Positions 8,218 through 17,456 of a DNA stretch of 64,000 nucleotides are shown here, piece after piece; positions within the stretch are counted from its first letter, which is position 1; each line of letters opens with the position of its first letter. Source of the DNA: a virus; the IMG/VR virus record IMGVR_UViG_3300023276_001265; one strand, 5' to 3'. The notes under the pieces are model-generated. The model was not told where the DNA came from. It ran no database searches and saw only the letters and a list, made by a program, of their open reading frames with translations. Position numbers and translations under genes: made by a program.

Positions 8218-8565
8218 ATGACTGGTTACTGTGTCGTCGAACATTGCGAGCGTTTGGGTTATGCACGCGGGTATTGTAAACGCCACTACATGCAGATTTT
8301 GAGGCACGGACACCTGACGCTGGAATCAGAGCGGGGTGGACCTAAGGAATGCGATGCCACTGGCTGCACTTCAGGGCAGGCCAGCGGAGGTCACTGCAGA
8401 AAGCACGCCCGACAGATCAAACTCTACGGGGAACTGCGGCCAGATCGTGAATACATGACCGGTAAGAAGCTGTGCGCAGAGCTAGATTGCGATACGAAGG
8501 TTAGAGCTCGTGGTCTGTGCGCGAAGCACTACACGAAGCACCGTAGGGCCGGGACTCTCCCTTAG
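8218..8565 (+). CDS. Protein of three CxxxxC...GxCxxH zinc-binding repeats, no nuclease domain
   Basis: CVVEHC..ARGYCKRHY; CDATGC..GGHCRKH; CAELDC..ARGLCAKHY. Confidence 0.7.
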   Translation: MTGYCVVEHCERLGYARGYCKRHYMQILRHGHLTLESERGGPKECDATGCTSGQASGGHCRKHARQIKLYGELRPDREYMTGKKLCAELDCDTKVRARGLCAKHYTKHRRAGTLP

Positions 8566-9419
8566 AGGAAGAGATAGCAGGCGATGCCGATCGCCGACCC
8601 GATGACTGACGAGGCGACCATCATGAGGCCCACTCGGAGCTTCTTGGGCTCGACTACTGGCCGTTCTGCCCAGTGCAGGGCAAGGTCTGCCAGAGGAATG
8701 CTGATGTGCTTACCTTTGTCGGTCCGCACGATCCCACAGAACACATCGTGCTCCGAGCCATCATCCAGCTTGATCTTCTTCCTGGCGTAGTCCACGAGGG
8801 TGTATGGGCCCTCGTTGGTGGCCAGTGAGTAGACTAGGTCGCTAATGGCCGGGGGCTGGCGGTCGGAGAGCTTCACGTCCTCCATTTGTTCTGGGTTCTC
8901 AGCGTGGTCCGCATCGATTTCATCATCTGTAAGGCCGAACACGGCCTTTTTGATGTATCTGTCGGAGACGAATGGCCGGATCTTTTCTGCGAAGTCCTGT
9001 CTCATCTTCTCGGCAATATCGCCCTCGATGGCGGTGTGGCCTCCGGTCGTCACCGTCACAGCGCCGGTCGAAGCATCGTAGAGCACGTTGTTGGTTCCGG
9101 CGGCGAGCGCCTGGATGGCTGGAAAGGTGGACTGGCCGACCTTGAAGGCAGCCTTGATGTCACGGCCGAATCCACTGAACACTGCGGTGCAGCCACAGCG
9201 GCACCCGTATTTGTATCGTTCGTCGTCATCTAGCGAATCAAGGCAGTTCTTTGTCGAACCGTCTGCAGCCTTGTAGTTCACTTGACCGTTTGCGAATGTC
9301 TCCGTTCCCATATCCTTGTATACCCGAAACGACGGAGTTCCGCTTGAGGTCGTAGAAGTTACGGGAGAGATAAGGTGCCCTGAAGCGCCATTCTCTGTAG
9401 AATGATCCTGATGCTCCAT
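8562..9419 (-). CDS. Hypothetical protein with C-terminal transmembrane helix
   Basis: 285-aa ORF, SD GAGGGG, hydrophobic C-terminus. Confidence 0.7.
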   Translation of the reverse strand: MEHQDHSTENGASGHLISPVTSTTSSGTPSFRVYKDMGTETFANGQVNYKAADGSTKNCLDSLDDDERYKYGCRCGCTAVFSGFGRDIKAAFKVGQSTFPAIQALAAGTNNVLYDASTGAVTVTTGGHTAIEGDIAEKMRQDFAEKIRPFVSDRYIKKAVFGLTDDEIDADHAENPEQMEDVKLSDRQPPAISDLVYSLATNEGPYTLVDYARKKIKLDDGSEHDVFCGIVRTDKGKHISIPLADLALHWAERPVVEPKKLRVGLMMVASSVIGSAIGIACYLFL

Positions 9420-9442
9420 CTGACACCCCTCTGGAGGACATA

Positions 9443-9643
9443 ATGAATCGCGTCGTGAGTGTAGACAAGTCTCTTTCTTCTGGAGGCAAGGTTACTTGGT
9501 TCGTAACGCTTGAAGGCGGCGGCGGTTCCAGGACCAGAATCGAGGTTGGCGAGGCTGAAGCTCAGCGGTTTGAGCAGGCACTAAACGCCCAAACCTCTGA
9601 TGGCGGAAGTCGTCTGCTGACCGAAACCATGCCTCTCTCTTAA
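9443..9643 (+). CDS. Hypothetical protein
   Basis: GGAGG SD and ATG. Confidence 0.6.
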   Translation: MNRVVSVDKSLSSGGKVTWFVTLEGGGGSRTRIEVGEAEAQRFEQALNAQTSDGGSRLLTETMPLS

Positions 9644-9652
9644 GGGGTTAAT

Positions 9653-9934
9653 GTGACTAGGAAGAACCCTGAAGAAGACTTGGACCTTAATACGACTAAC
9701 GAGGAGTCCGGTTCAGGACCCTCGTGGGGCGTCGAGGTAGAGCCAACGGGACCTGGGAACAGTGTGTTCTACTCGGCCCGCAGAGTTGTCCTAGGAGATG
9801 ATTACGTCGAAATTCAGCTCCTAGATGGCAAATACATGACGTTGGCTACCGGGCAGGTGCGCAAGGTCTTATCGATGCGTGCGAATGGGGCATCGGGCTA
9901 TACTGGCAAGACTCCTTCGGACGAGATTTATTAG
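9653..9934 (+). CDS. Hypothetical protein
   Basis: SD and GTG; abuts the next gene. Confidence 0.55.
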   Translation: MTRKNPEEDLDLNTTNEESGSGPSWGVEVEPTGPGNSVFYSARRVVLGDDYVEIQLLDGKYMTLATGQVRKVLSMRANGASGYTGKTPSDEIY

Positions 9935-11227
9935 GTGGACCGTCTTATCTCCGGTTTTCGACTGCTCCCCTCAGGGACAAGAACAGCAAATGGGCCCCTA
10001 AAGCCTAGCGCTGATGATGATGTATGCCCTGAGGCTGTTGCTGAGTTTTTTGATTCAGTTTATATAGCAACCGAGAAGCTGAGATCGTTCGGGCTCTCTG
10101 ATAAGGACTTTGGCGGTCCAATCAAACTTGTCGCCAGAAAAGGCGATGAGAAGGCGAATGGTCGCTACACGCCGGGCACCGACTCAACAGTCATCTTCCA
10201 CCCACCGGTCAGAAGCGCCCCAGATGTGCTGTGGGTAATTATCCACGAGACGTTGCACCGCATCTGGGCGAAGCAGCTCACCAAAGAGTCACATAAAATT
10301 TGGGGCTTAATCTGCAATTCGATTGGTAAGCCGATCGATGGAGATATGGCCGATGCTCTGACCAGGACCGTCAAATCCAATCCTGAGCGTTCTAGTCTCT
10401 GGTTCTTCTTTCAGAAGCACTTTGGGGATGACTTAGGGGTGTTTCGCAACTGGCTCACGACCAAAAAGATGAGCGATTCGTTCCCTAGTGACTACTCCAA
10501 CGCAAACCCGTCTGAGGCGTTCGCTGAAGTAGGAGCGGACATAATCCTTGGGCGAGGTCGAGCTGGCCGAGAGATTCGCCGGTCTGGGTCTATGGTCAAG
10601 AAAGTGTTCTTGTCCCTGGTTCAGAACCTTCGCCATGAAGAGATGTCCGAGGACATAGCACTGGTTCGACACGTTCCCGGCCCCGGAGAAGCTCGATCAG
10701 ATCCGAATTTTCTCCAGCTGCAGGTGGACTTCTACTACTTGCGTTGGAAATTAGGCGATTGGGTCCGCAAGCGCCTGTCTAGTAGTGATGTAATCAAGTT
10801 AGAGGAGCGACCTCACGCGACACTTTATTACGGGGCCGATAGGCGAGACCTAGCTCAGATCCAAAAGATCATCGGAGGGCATGGTCGGTCATTAAGGATG
10901 ATGCTTGGGTCGCTCAACGTATTCGAGCACGAGGATAAGGACATCCTCTATTTTGAGCTGATCGGCGATCCTCTGCCAACTCTACACGCGCAGATCAAAA
11001 AACTCCCAAATACTAGACCGCCGACGCACCCAGATTACGTGCCGCATTTGACTGTGGCCTATATGAAAAAGGGTTCAGCTAGGAAATTCATCGGATCAAA
11101 TCCTTTGCGGATGATCATTAGTGCACGTCGAGTAACGGTAATAGATTCGGTTGGAATCGAATCAATGATCCGCACCACCCAAGCTGAAGAACTTGTCCGG
11201 GAGCCACTACTGCTTGCTGGACGGTAG
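9935..11227 (+). CDS. Fusion of a zincin-like metallopeptidase and a 2H phosphoesterase (gp57B/Acb1-like)
   Basis: IIHETLH with downstream YSNANPSEAFAE; two HxT motifs, PHATLYYG and PHLTVAY. Confidence 0.75.
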   Translation: MDRLISGFRLLPSGTRTANGPLKPSADDDVCPEAVAEFFDSVYIATEKLRSFGLSDKDFGGPIKLVARKGDEKANGRYTPGTDSTVIFHPPVRSAPDVLWVIIHETLHRIWAKQLTKESHKIWGLICNSIGKPIDGDMADALTRTVKSNPERSSLWFFFQKHFGDDLGVFRNWLTTKKMSDSFPSDYSNANPSEAFAEVGADIILGRGRAGREIRRSGSMVKKVFLSLVQNLRHEEMSEDIALVRHVPGPGEARSDPNFLQLQVDFYYLRWKLGDWVRKRLSSSDVIKLEERPHATLYYGADRRDLAQIQKIIGGHGRSLRMMLGSLNVFEHEDKDILYFELIGDPLPTLHAQIKKLPNTRPPTHPDYVPHLTVAYMKKGSARKFIGSNPLRMIISARRVTVIDSVGIESMIRTTQAEELVREPLLLAGR

Positions 11228-11235
11228 GTAGGAAC

Positions 11236-11964
11236 ATGGGCCTTCTCTCTGAGATGCAGATCGAAACAGCCTCTGGACCGGTCCAAATCGGCGTTTTAGC
11301 CAATAAGACTGTCCTAAACCCAGATTTTTCTGTGGTGGTGCTGACGTGGACTGGTTCACGCCTCTTCGTAACTGAGGCGTTTGACTTCCGGTCAATCGGC
11401 GAACAACAGATTTTCGATGTTGAACTTGATGATGGCTCACTCGTTAAAGTGTCCCCCTCCTCACAGTTCATTCTCAAAAATGGCTCCACGAAGATGCCCC
11501 CGGAGCTGAGTCCTGGGGATTCGCTTCTGCCGCTTTACTTAGCCAAAAACGCGAACGGCTATCCGACCTATCAGATCCCAGGACACGCTGTAAAAAAGAA
11601 AATATCTAGACTTATGGCGGAATGGGTGCTTGGCCATGCCCTAGAAAAGGGCACCTACGTTGAGCACATCGATGGGAACAGAGAAAACTATCACCCAGAT
11701 AATCTCCGGATATACTTCGACGCACAGAAGGCCAAGAGGTCCCACAAGAACATCGCTGTCAAGACGGTAGGCGCAGCGGACGCGCTCTTCAACGAGTGTG
11801 CTGCTGCCAGCCCATTGATGGCTGAAATCGTCAAACCAAAGAAGAAGACCAACCACAAGGTGGTGCGATCTACGCCTGGTCGGCTAGACGAAGTTTTTAC
11901 CGCATCTGTCCGAACTATGGGCTCGTTGTCCATATCCGGTGTGTTCCTGGACCTCCCGGCCTGA
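11236..11964 (+). CDS. Stand-alone degenerate intein (Hint) with embedded HNH-like domain, no exteins
   Basis: MGLLSEMQIETASG (block A, Cys1 replaced by Gly); FDVELDDGSLVKVSPSSQF (block B without TxxH); ELSPGDSLLP; SRLMAE...VEHIDGNRENYHPDNL; NHKVV...EVFTASV...SISGVFLD (block F/G without HN). Confidence 0.75.
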   Translation: MGLLSEMQIETASGPVQIGVLANKTVLNPDFSVVVLTWTGSRLFVTEAFDFRSIGEQQIFDVELDDGSLVKVSPSSQFILKNGSTKMPPELSPGDSLLPLYLAKNANGYPTYQIPGHAVKKKISRLMAEWVLGHALEKGTYVEHIDGNRENYHPDNLRIYFDAQKAKRSHKNIAVKTVGAADALFNECAAASPLMAEIVKPKKKTNHKVVRSTPGRLDEVFTASVRTMGSLSISGVFLDLPA

Positions 11965-12005
11965 TAGAGTAGGATCGAGCTAACTGTTGAAACCATGGGA
12001 CTAAG

Positions 12006-14285
12006 ATGGCACTTCGCGACGATGCGCTAAACTACCTGCGCCAGGTATTCGGCCGTGAACGCGCCGAGCGTGATCGGGCTGAATCTCCCTCGGCCGAGGC
12101 CGAGAAGCACATCCCGTCATCCATCTTCTCGGTATGGGGCCGAGAAGACGTCGGCGGACTACTCAGCGTCTCGCAGAACCTGATGGACAGGTATGCAGAT
12201 TATGAGCAGATGGATGATTATCCGGACATCAACTGTCTCACTGCAGATACTACGATTTACGTGGTTGAAGACTCCATTATCAAGCCCACTAGGATCCACG
12301 ACCTAGCTGCTCACGGCGGTGGCCCCAAGATCCTGGCCTACGACACAGAGAAGGACAAGCTCGTCGTAGTGGCGTCTGAGAATCCTCGCATTTCTGGCGA
12401 TAAGCAGGAGGTGGTTGAGGTCGGGTTTAGCAATGGTGAGAAAATCAAGTGCACCCCTGGGCACAAGTTCCTCACGGTCGAGCACGATTACATCAATGCC
12501 TCTGATCTAGTCGAGGGAACGGTTGTGGTCTCTTGTTGGTCTGGGTTTGACCCAACAGGAATGACCGCCTTTCTGCACTCAACATCAGGCCGATTGAAGG
12601 TGACCCAGGCCGCGATTCCGGCTGGGGTCGAAGACGTCTACGACGTCACAACTAAGACCCACAACTTCATCGCTAATGGGATTGTTGTCCATAACAGCGC
12701 CCACCACTACTTCACAAACGATGCGACCCAGCCGGATATTGACACCGGAAAAACCGTTTGGGTCCATTCTAGCGACGAAGCTATCAAGAGCATGTCGGAC
12801 GTGCTGCTCAACAAGCGGCTACGAATTGAAGACGATATCTGGTCCATGGTCTACACGACCGTGAAGATGGGCAATAACTACGAGGAGGTGCTGATCACTG
12901 ATAACGGCGTTGTCGGCCTCAACTCTCTTCCCTGCCCCACCATGCGCCGTGTCGAGCAGTCCAATGGCTCGATCATTGGTTACGTCCAGGACATCACTGG
13001 GAAGTTCACGCAGGACGCCTCGGACCTTCGCGGGATGCTGGCCGGTCAGGCTAAGGTCCCGGACCACGTCGCCCTGTTCGAGGAGTGGCAAGTCCTACAT
13101 ACGCGCCTTCGTGGCACGGCCCGCAGAACTCCATACGGGTTCGGTGTGGCTGATGGAGCTCGCTGGATCTGGAAGAGACTGGTTCTTCTCGAAGACTCGA
13201 TGCTCATCTACAAGCTGACCCGAGCTCCAGCCCGGTTCGCCTTCTACATCGACGTCACCGATATTCCATCTGACAAGGTGGAGTCCTTCCTACGCAAAGC
13301 CAAGCAAGACCTGCGGAAGCAGAAACTTGTTAACCCGAGGACCCAGCGCCTCGACATGCGTATGAATCCGATGGACAACCTTCAGGACTTCTTCATCGCG
13401 GTCCGCGAAAATCGCGAGCTAGCCCGTGTAGAGGTTCTCCAAGGCCCTGACTATCAGGCGACCGAGGATGTGGAGTACTTCCAGCGGAAGCTACACGGCG
13501 TCCTGAAGATCCCCAGGAACTATCTAGGGCAAGACGACGGCATCCCAGCCCGATCGATCCTCTCTTACGAGGATGTGCGGTCCGCACGCGTCACGATGGG
13601 AATCCAGCGCGAGGTCAGGAACAGCATTCGTCGTCTGATTCAGATCGATCTTGCGGCCCGAGGGATCAACCCCTTCAGGCAAGACCTTCAGGTGATGATG
13701 ACGGTCCCGTCCGGGATCTATGAGCTGGCGCACAACGAGATCAAGAACGCGAGAGCTGACTTCGCAACGCGAGTCCAGCCGTTTGTCTCAATGCGCTATA
13801 TCCAGGAGAAGATTCTCAAACTGACCGGCGATCAGATAGAGCGGATCGAGAAGGAGCGGGAAGAGGATCAAAAGAAGGAAGCTGCTCAGCAACAGGCTAT
13901 GGGCGGAGGTGATGATGGCGGTGGTGGCGGCGCTCCTGCTGCTGATGGTTCTCCGCCAGATGACGCTCCAATGCACCCAGGAAACGCTGAGATCGGCCCA
14001 CCACCGGGCTCTGGGGGTCGACCAGACAGTAAGTCGGAGTGGAAGTCTTACGATAGGGCGCGGCGCATTGAGGAAAAACGTGATCGCATGTCCCGGCAGC
14101 GTGATCAAGAGATTCAAGACACAATGCACAAGGTCATTGTCGGTAATAAGCAGATGGCCGCACAGCTCGCCCATCAACAGCAATTCTTCCGCGAGTTCAA
14201 GCACGCCGCATTCTCCCGGAACGGGAACGGCGGTCTGATCTCAGCCCCTCAGGGCGGCGGTCATCGACGACGTCGCATTAAGTGA
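12006..14285 (+). CDS. Portal vertex protein (T4 gp20-like) with a mini-intein
   Basis: YEQMDDYPDIN|SA; WKRLVLLEDSMLIYKLTRAPARFAFYIDV; QDFFIAVR; DVEYFQRKL..LKIP. Confidence 0.92.
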   Translation: MALRDDALNYLRQVFGRERAERDRAESPSAEAEKHIPSSIFSVWGREDVGGLLSVSQNLMDRYADYEQMDDYPDINCLTADTTIYVVEDSIIKPTRIHDLAAHGGGPKILAYDTEKDKLVVVASENPRISGDKQEVVEVGFSNGEKIKCTPGHKFLTVEHDYINASDLVEGTVVVSCWSGFDPTGMTAFLHSTSGRLKVTQAAIPAGVEDVYDVTTKTHNFIANGIVVHNSAHHYFTNDATQPDIDTGKTVWVHSSDEAIKSMSDVLLNKRLRIEDDIWSMVYTTVKMGNNYEEVLITDNGVVGLNSLPCPTMRRVEQSNGSIIGYVQDITGKFTQDASDLRGMLAGQAKVPDHVALFEEWQVLHTRLRGTARRTPYGFGVADGARWIWKRLVLLEDSMLIYKLTRAPARFAFYIDVTDIPSDKVESFLRKAKQDLRKQKLVNPRTQRLDMRMNPMDNLQDFFIAVRENRELARVEVLQGPDYQATEDVEYFQRKLHGVLKIPRNYLGQDDGIPARSILSYEDVRSARVTMGIQREVRNSIRRLIQIDLAARGINPFRQDLQVMMTVPSGIYELAHNEIKNARADFATRVQPFVSMRYIQEKILKLTGDQIERIEKEREEDQKKEAAQQQAMGGGDDGGGGGAPAADGSPPDDAPMHPGNAEIGPPPGSGGRPDSKSEWKSYDRARRIEEKRDRMSRQRDQEIQDTMHKVIVGNKQMAAQLAHQQQFFREFKHAAFSRNGNGGLISAPQGGGHRRRRIK
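12234..12695 (+). mobile_element. Mini-intein (154 aa, no endonuclease) in the portal
   Basis: DIN|CLTADT; CTPGHKF; VYDVTTKTHNFIANGIVVHN|S. Confidence 0.95.
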
Positions 14286-14974
14286 AATTCTTCGTCGATG
14301 ACGAAGAGCTTCGCAAGAGCATCGAAAACTTGAAGACGAGCATTCCTGCGGCTGCTAAAGAGGCAGGGCGGAACTCTCTTAGAGAGCTGGCTGAAAAAAC
14401 GGCACAACGTGTTAGGGATATGATCCCTAATGATGGCGGTTGGTACGACATCTACCGAGACAGCATCCAGTTGGATGAGATTAGCCCAGATGAGTATGAT
14501 GTAGTAGCGAAGATCATCGAACTGAACTACGGCGATCTCGAAGCCGACACTACTTTATTGTGGCTCACCGGTGGTGATGATGTGGCGCTGCTAATGGCCA
14601 CAGAGAACCCGTGGACCGTTGACACGCTCCCGTCAGTAAAAGATGGAATCACTACAGAGTTGATCGTTAGACCAGCTTCTGAGTCCGAGACTGATTTCCA
14701 CCGAAGACGACATCGATCGAATGCGACCGAGCTAAAGACGGCGTTGAGCAGGCTTAGGAGGCCTATCCAGCCGAATGAACTAGCCGTCATAAACGGCCGC
14801 ACATTGGCGGATGTCCCGTTTTTAGCCCTCCGAATGGAGTATGGCCTCGGAGGGTTCCCACGTCTGCCAATCTGGAACCGACTCGAAACAGAGGGAGACA
14901 GAATTATGAACTCCTCTGGATTCGGTAAAGAGGCGCTTGAACTGTTTGCCAAGAACTTTGACAAGCAGCAATAG
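14282..14974 (+). CDS. Putative head-tail morphogenesis protein
   Basis: Overlaps the portal stop; helical N-terminus and C-terminal MEYG....P..P.W reminiscent of HK97 gp10-like proteins. Confidence 0.45.
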   Translation: MKFFVDDEELRKSIENLKTSIPAAAKEAGRNSLRELAEKTAQRVRDMIPNDGGWYDIYRDSIQLDEISPDEYDVVAKIIELNYGDLEADTTLLWLTGGDDVALLMATENPWTVDTLPSVKDGITTELIVRPASESETDFHRRRHRSNATELKTALSRLRRPIQPNELAVINGRTLADVPFLALRMEYGLGGFPRLPIWNRLETEGDRIMNSSGFGKEALELFAKNFDKQQ

Positions 14975-15070
14975 GGAAAAATAGCTTTTAGTCAACTGCG
15001 GCCAAAACCGCTTGCCCGATGACGAGCTTCAAGGCCGGTTAACAGCAGCCCACGGCCTGGTGACCGTAAA
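14975..15070 (-). ncRNA. Putative omegaRNA 3' portion and guide of the TnpB (5' boundary unknown)
   Basis: Minus strand: AGGCCG...CGGCCT stem, GAAGC...GGGCAAGCGG-TTTTGG-CCGC-AGTTGAC ending at 14991, then 16 nt TAAAAGCTATTTTTCC up to the convergent gene's stop. Confidence 0.55.
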
Positions 15071-16144
15071 TTTGTTCCTGACATTGAGCGCGGCATTCTT
15101 GCTCATCGGACTTTCGTTGCCACACGAATCGCAGAGGAAGGTGTGTTTTGTGATGCTCCCAGAAGCTCCACAAAGCGAGCACCTCTTCTCGTTACCGGAT
15201 ACGTTCACGTAATAAACCGGTATCGCCGCAGCCGCAGCCTTCTCTTCAATCCTACGACGAAGCACTTCATAGAAGTGCGGCCTCATCGATGGCTTGCTTC
15301 TTTTCCTCTTCGAAGGTGGAGGGATGCGAAGGTCCTCGATGACGAGGATTGATCCGCTTCCAACCCACTCAACGAGTCGGTTAGCTGCTGCGTGGCAAAA
15401 AGTCCTAGTTCGCATGTGACGCCGTCTGCTTAGCCGTTTGAGGACTCGACGCACAGAACGCGTCTCAAGTCCATCTGCCTTACGCACAGCCAGTCGCCGC
15501 TCAAGTCTTCTCTTTGTTTTTCGGCTTGTCTCCTCCATTACATTCTGAGCAACGGTGACGATTCGGAGAGATTTCCCCTCGGCGCTTACCGCTGCTACTT
15601 CATTCTTACTCCCTACTGCAACGCCAGCAGGAAGGGTTCCTTCTCGTTTTGATTCTTTAAGAGTCACGGACACGGTCGCTACGAGTCGTCCCCTTTTAAG
15701 GGAGACCGCGAGTGTGTCGAAGGACTTCACGTTTTTATAGTCAGCCTCGAACCGGGCTGGAATGCTGCAAGGTATGTCCTTACGGCCCGCAATTGTCCAA
15801 ATTCTGATCGTCTCTTTACGGGGTGGGCAGGCATCGCGCTTTGCCTTGCCGATCAAGAATAGGGCGCGTGGCTTACTGAAGTGAATCGGCCCATATATCC
15901 TCCGGTTTCTCCTCCGAGCGCGTGAGTATTCAGATGCCACCGATCGAATAGCAGTGCATGTGAGCTGAGATTTCAGAGAGCCTTTCACTTTTGCGTAGCT
16001 GAGCTGATGCATATCTACTGCGGAAAGCGCGGTTCCGTCTTCAAACGCAATCTCAGACACGCGCTCTTGGATGAGTCTGAATGACTCAATTGTTGCCATA
16101 AGATCAGCGTCGTTGGCAATCCTAAGTGGAAGCACTTTCTGCAT
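15029..16144 (-). CDS. tnpB: TnpB-family protein with substituted RuvC catalytic residues (TldR-like)
   Basis: TnpB-type N-terminus (Y...LKSQL...AIRSVA..Y); RuvC-I GVAVG instead of GVDLG; RuvC-II IEDL; CSLCG/CDSCG zinc finger; RuvC-III SKNAALNV instead of DxNAAxNI; no tnpA nearby. Confidence 0.85.
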   Translation of the reverse strand: MQKVLPLRIANDADLMATIESFRLIQERVSEIAFEDGTALSAVDMHQLSYAKVKGSLKSQLTCTAIRSVASEYSRARRRNRRIYGPIHFSKPRALFLIGKAKRDACPPRKETIRIWTIAGRKDIPCSIPARFEADYKNVKSFDTLAVSLKRGRLVATVSVTLKESKREGTLPAGVAVGSKNEVAAVSAEGKSLRIVTVAQNVMEETSRKTKRRLERRLAVRKADGLETRSVRRVLKRLSRRRHMRTRTFCHAAANRLVEWVGSGSILVIEDLRIPPPSKRKRSKPSMRPHFYEVLRRRIEEKAAAAAIPVYYVNVSGNEKRCSLCGASGSITKHTFLCDSCGNESPMSKNAALNVRNKFTVTRPWAAVNRP

Positions 16145-16287
16145 CAGACCAGTCTACGCACTCGTTGCTGACAGGGTCAACCTCTAGTGCGCATCAATTG
16201 CTTTGTTAGCACCTAATAGTGCTGTGGACCCTCGACTAGCTCTAAGGTCAACAGTTATCATTACGACCTGATGCGATAGGGGAGTTT

Positions 16288-17151
16288 GTGGCTGGGTTAG
16301 AGTTTGGTGAGCGTACTGGAAACGTAGACTTCTACGATTTCGATGAGGCCCTGGTCAGGGGACTCGGGGCGCTACCGGACACTGCAAAGAACCAATACTA
16401 CCTACCGCTTGAAGGTATCTTCGTTCGCATCGATGGGCGCCAGGAGCCTATTGACCGGGCTTTGGTCGTCTACAAGAGGCCTGAACCGACGCAGATCAGT
16501 GCGACAGTCCCAATGATCGCAATCATTCGTGACTCTACGACACCGTCCGAAGAGCGACTTCTCACTCCTGTAGTCTCTTACCGCCTCCCCTGCGAGGGCG
16601 CACAGCAGGTCTCTGCTGGCGGTTGTCTAGGGTGGACCTCCTACGAGCAGAAGGACAAAGAGCAGCCATACGACTTTTTCTACACCATTGAATGCTGGGC
16701 CCGGTTTCGCACCGTTGCACAAATCCTGCTGCAAATGATGATGAAGCGATTTCCCCACCGGGGGACTGTGACCGTCGTCGACGGCATCAATAATCCTCGC
16801 GTCTATGCCACATTCCAACAGGGCGTTGACGACCTTACTGATGTAAGCTCTCTGGTGGAGCGTATCCCAGGGTACTCTCTATCTGTAAAGGTCGAAGCGG
16901 AGCTGACGTTGGACAAAGAGCCTATCTGTATACCAGCCTTCACCGGCACGGTTACTGATCAACCCCTTCCTGGGGTTGGTGGACCGGGCTACCAGCTCGT
17001 TCCAGGGCCTGGCGGCTACGGCCTTGTTCCTGCTGATGCTAATGGGATCCCGCTTTGCCCTGGTGGTGAACGTGATCCTGATCCTGGTGTTGGCGGAAGC
17101 TACGGCACAGGCAAACCAATCGTCCGATCGGGCGTTTACGGGAGTCAATAA
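16288..17151 (+). CDS. Putative tail completion/terminator-type structural protein
   Basis: Position before the sheath; YDFFYTIECWAR segment; function inferred from context only. Confidence 0.45.
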   Translation: MAGLEFGERTGNVDFYDFDEALVRGLGALPDTAKNQYYLPLEGIFVRIDGRQEPIDRALVVYKRPEPTQISATVPMIAIIRDSTTPSEERLLTPVVSYRLPCEGAQQVSAGGCLGWTSYEQKDKEQPYDFFYTIECWARFRTVAQILLQMMMKRFPHRGTVTVVDGINNPRVYATFQQGVDDLTDVSSLVERIPGYSLSVKVEAELTLDKEPICIPAFTGTVTDQPLPGVGGPGYQLVPGPGGYGLVPADANGIPLCPGGERDPDPGVGGSYGTGKPIVRSGVYGSQ

Positions 17152-17453
17152 TGAAACGCGATCAGACTTATCAAGTGGTGTCACGAAACGCTGTCACGGT
17201 GGAATTCGCGAACGGTAACGTCGTGAGCTACCCAGCAGGGTTCATGTTCACCTCGCACCCAACCAACGCATCAGTTGCCCGCCTCTTGCGAAACAACTCG
17301 ATCCGCAAGGTCACTGATCGAGAGATCCCGACCTTTGCCAAGAAGATCGACGTAGCGTCATCGTCTCAGCCAGCTAAGGCAGCTCCAACTCCTGCCGTGG
17401 CCAAGAAGTCCAAGAAGTCAACCAAAAAGCAGCCTTCGGGCGGCGGGGAGTAA
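17151..17453 (+). CDS. Small basic protein sharing its N-terminal module with two fibre-like proteins
   Basis: TYQVVS..VTVE...SYPAG..F....NASVARLL matches the N-termini of ORFs 21299 and 22789. Confidence 0.7.
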   Translation: MKRDQTYQVVSRNAVTVEFANGNVVSYPAGFMFTSHPTNASVARLLRNNSIRKVTDREIPTFAKKIDVASSSQPAKAAPTPAVAKKSKKSTKKQPSGGGE

Positions 17454-17456
17454 GTC

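Noticed and set aside
15029-16287. Active IS200/IS605 element or Cas12f CRISPR locus
   Set aside because: No tnpA, no clear left-end hairpin, RuvC substituted, and no repeat-spacer array; the GTCAAC words near 16176 and 16247 do not form an array.
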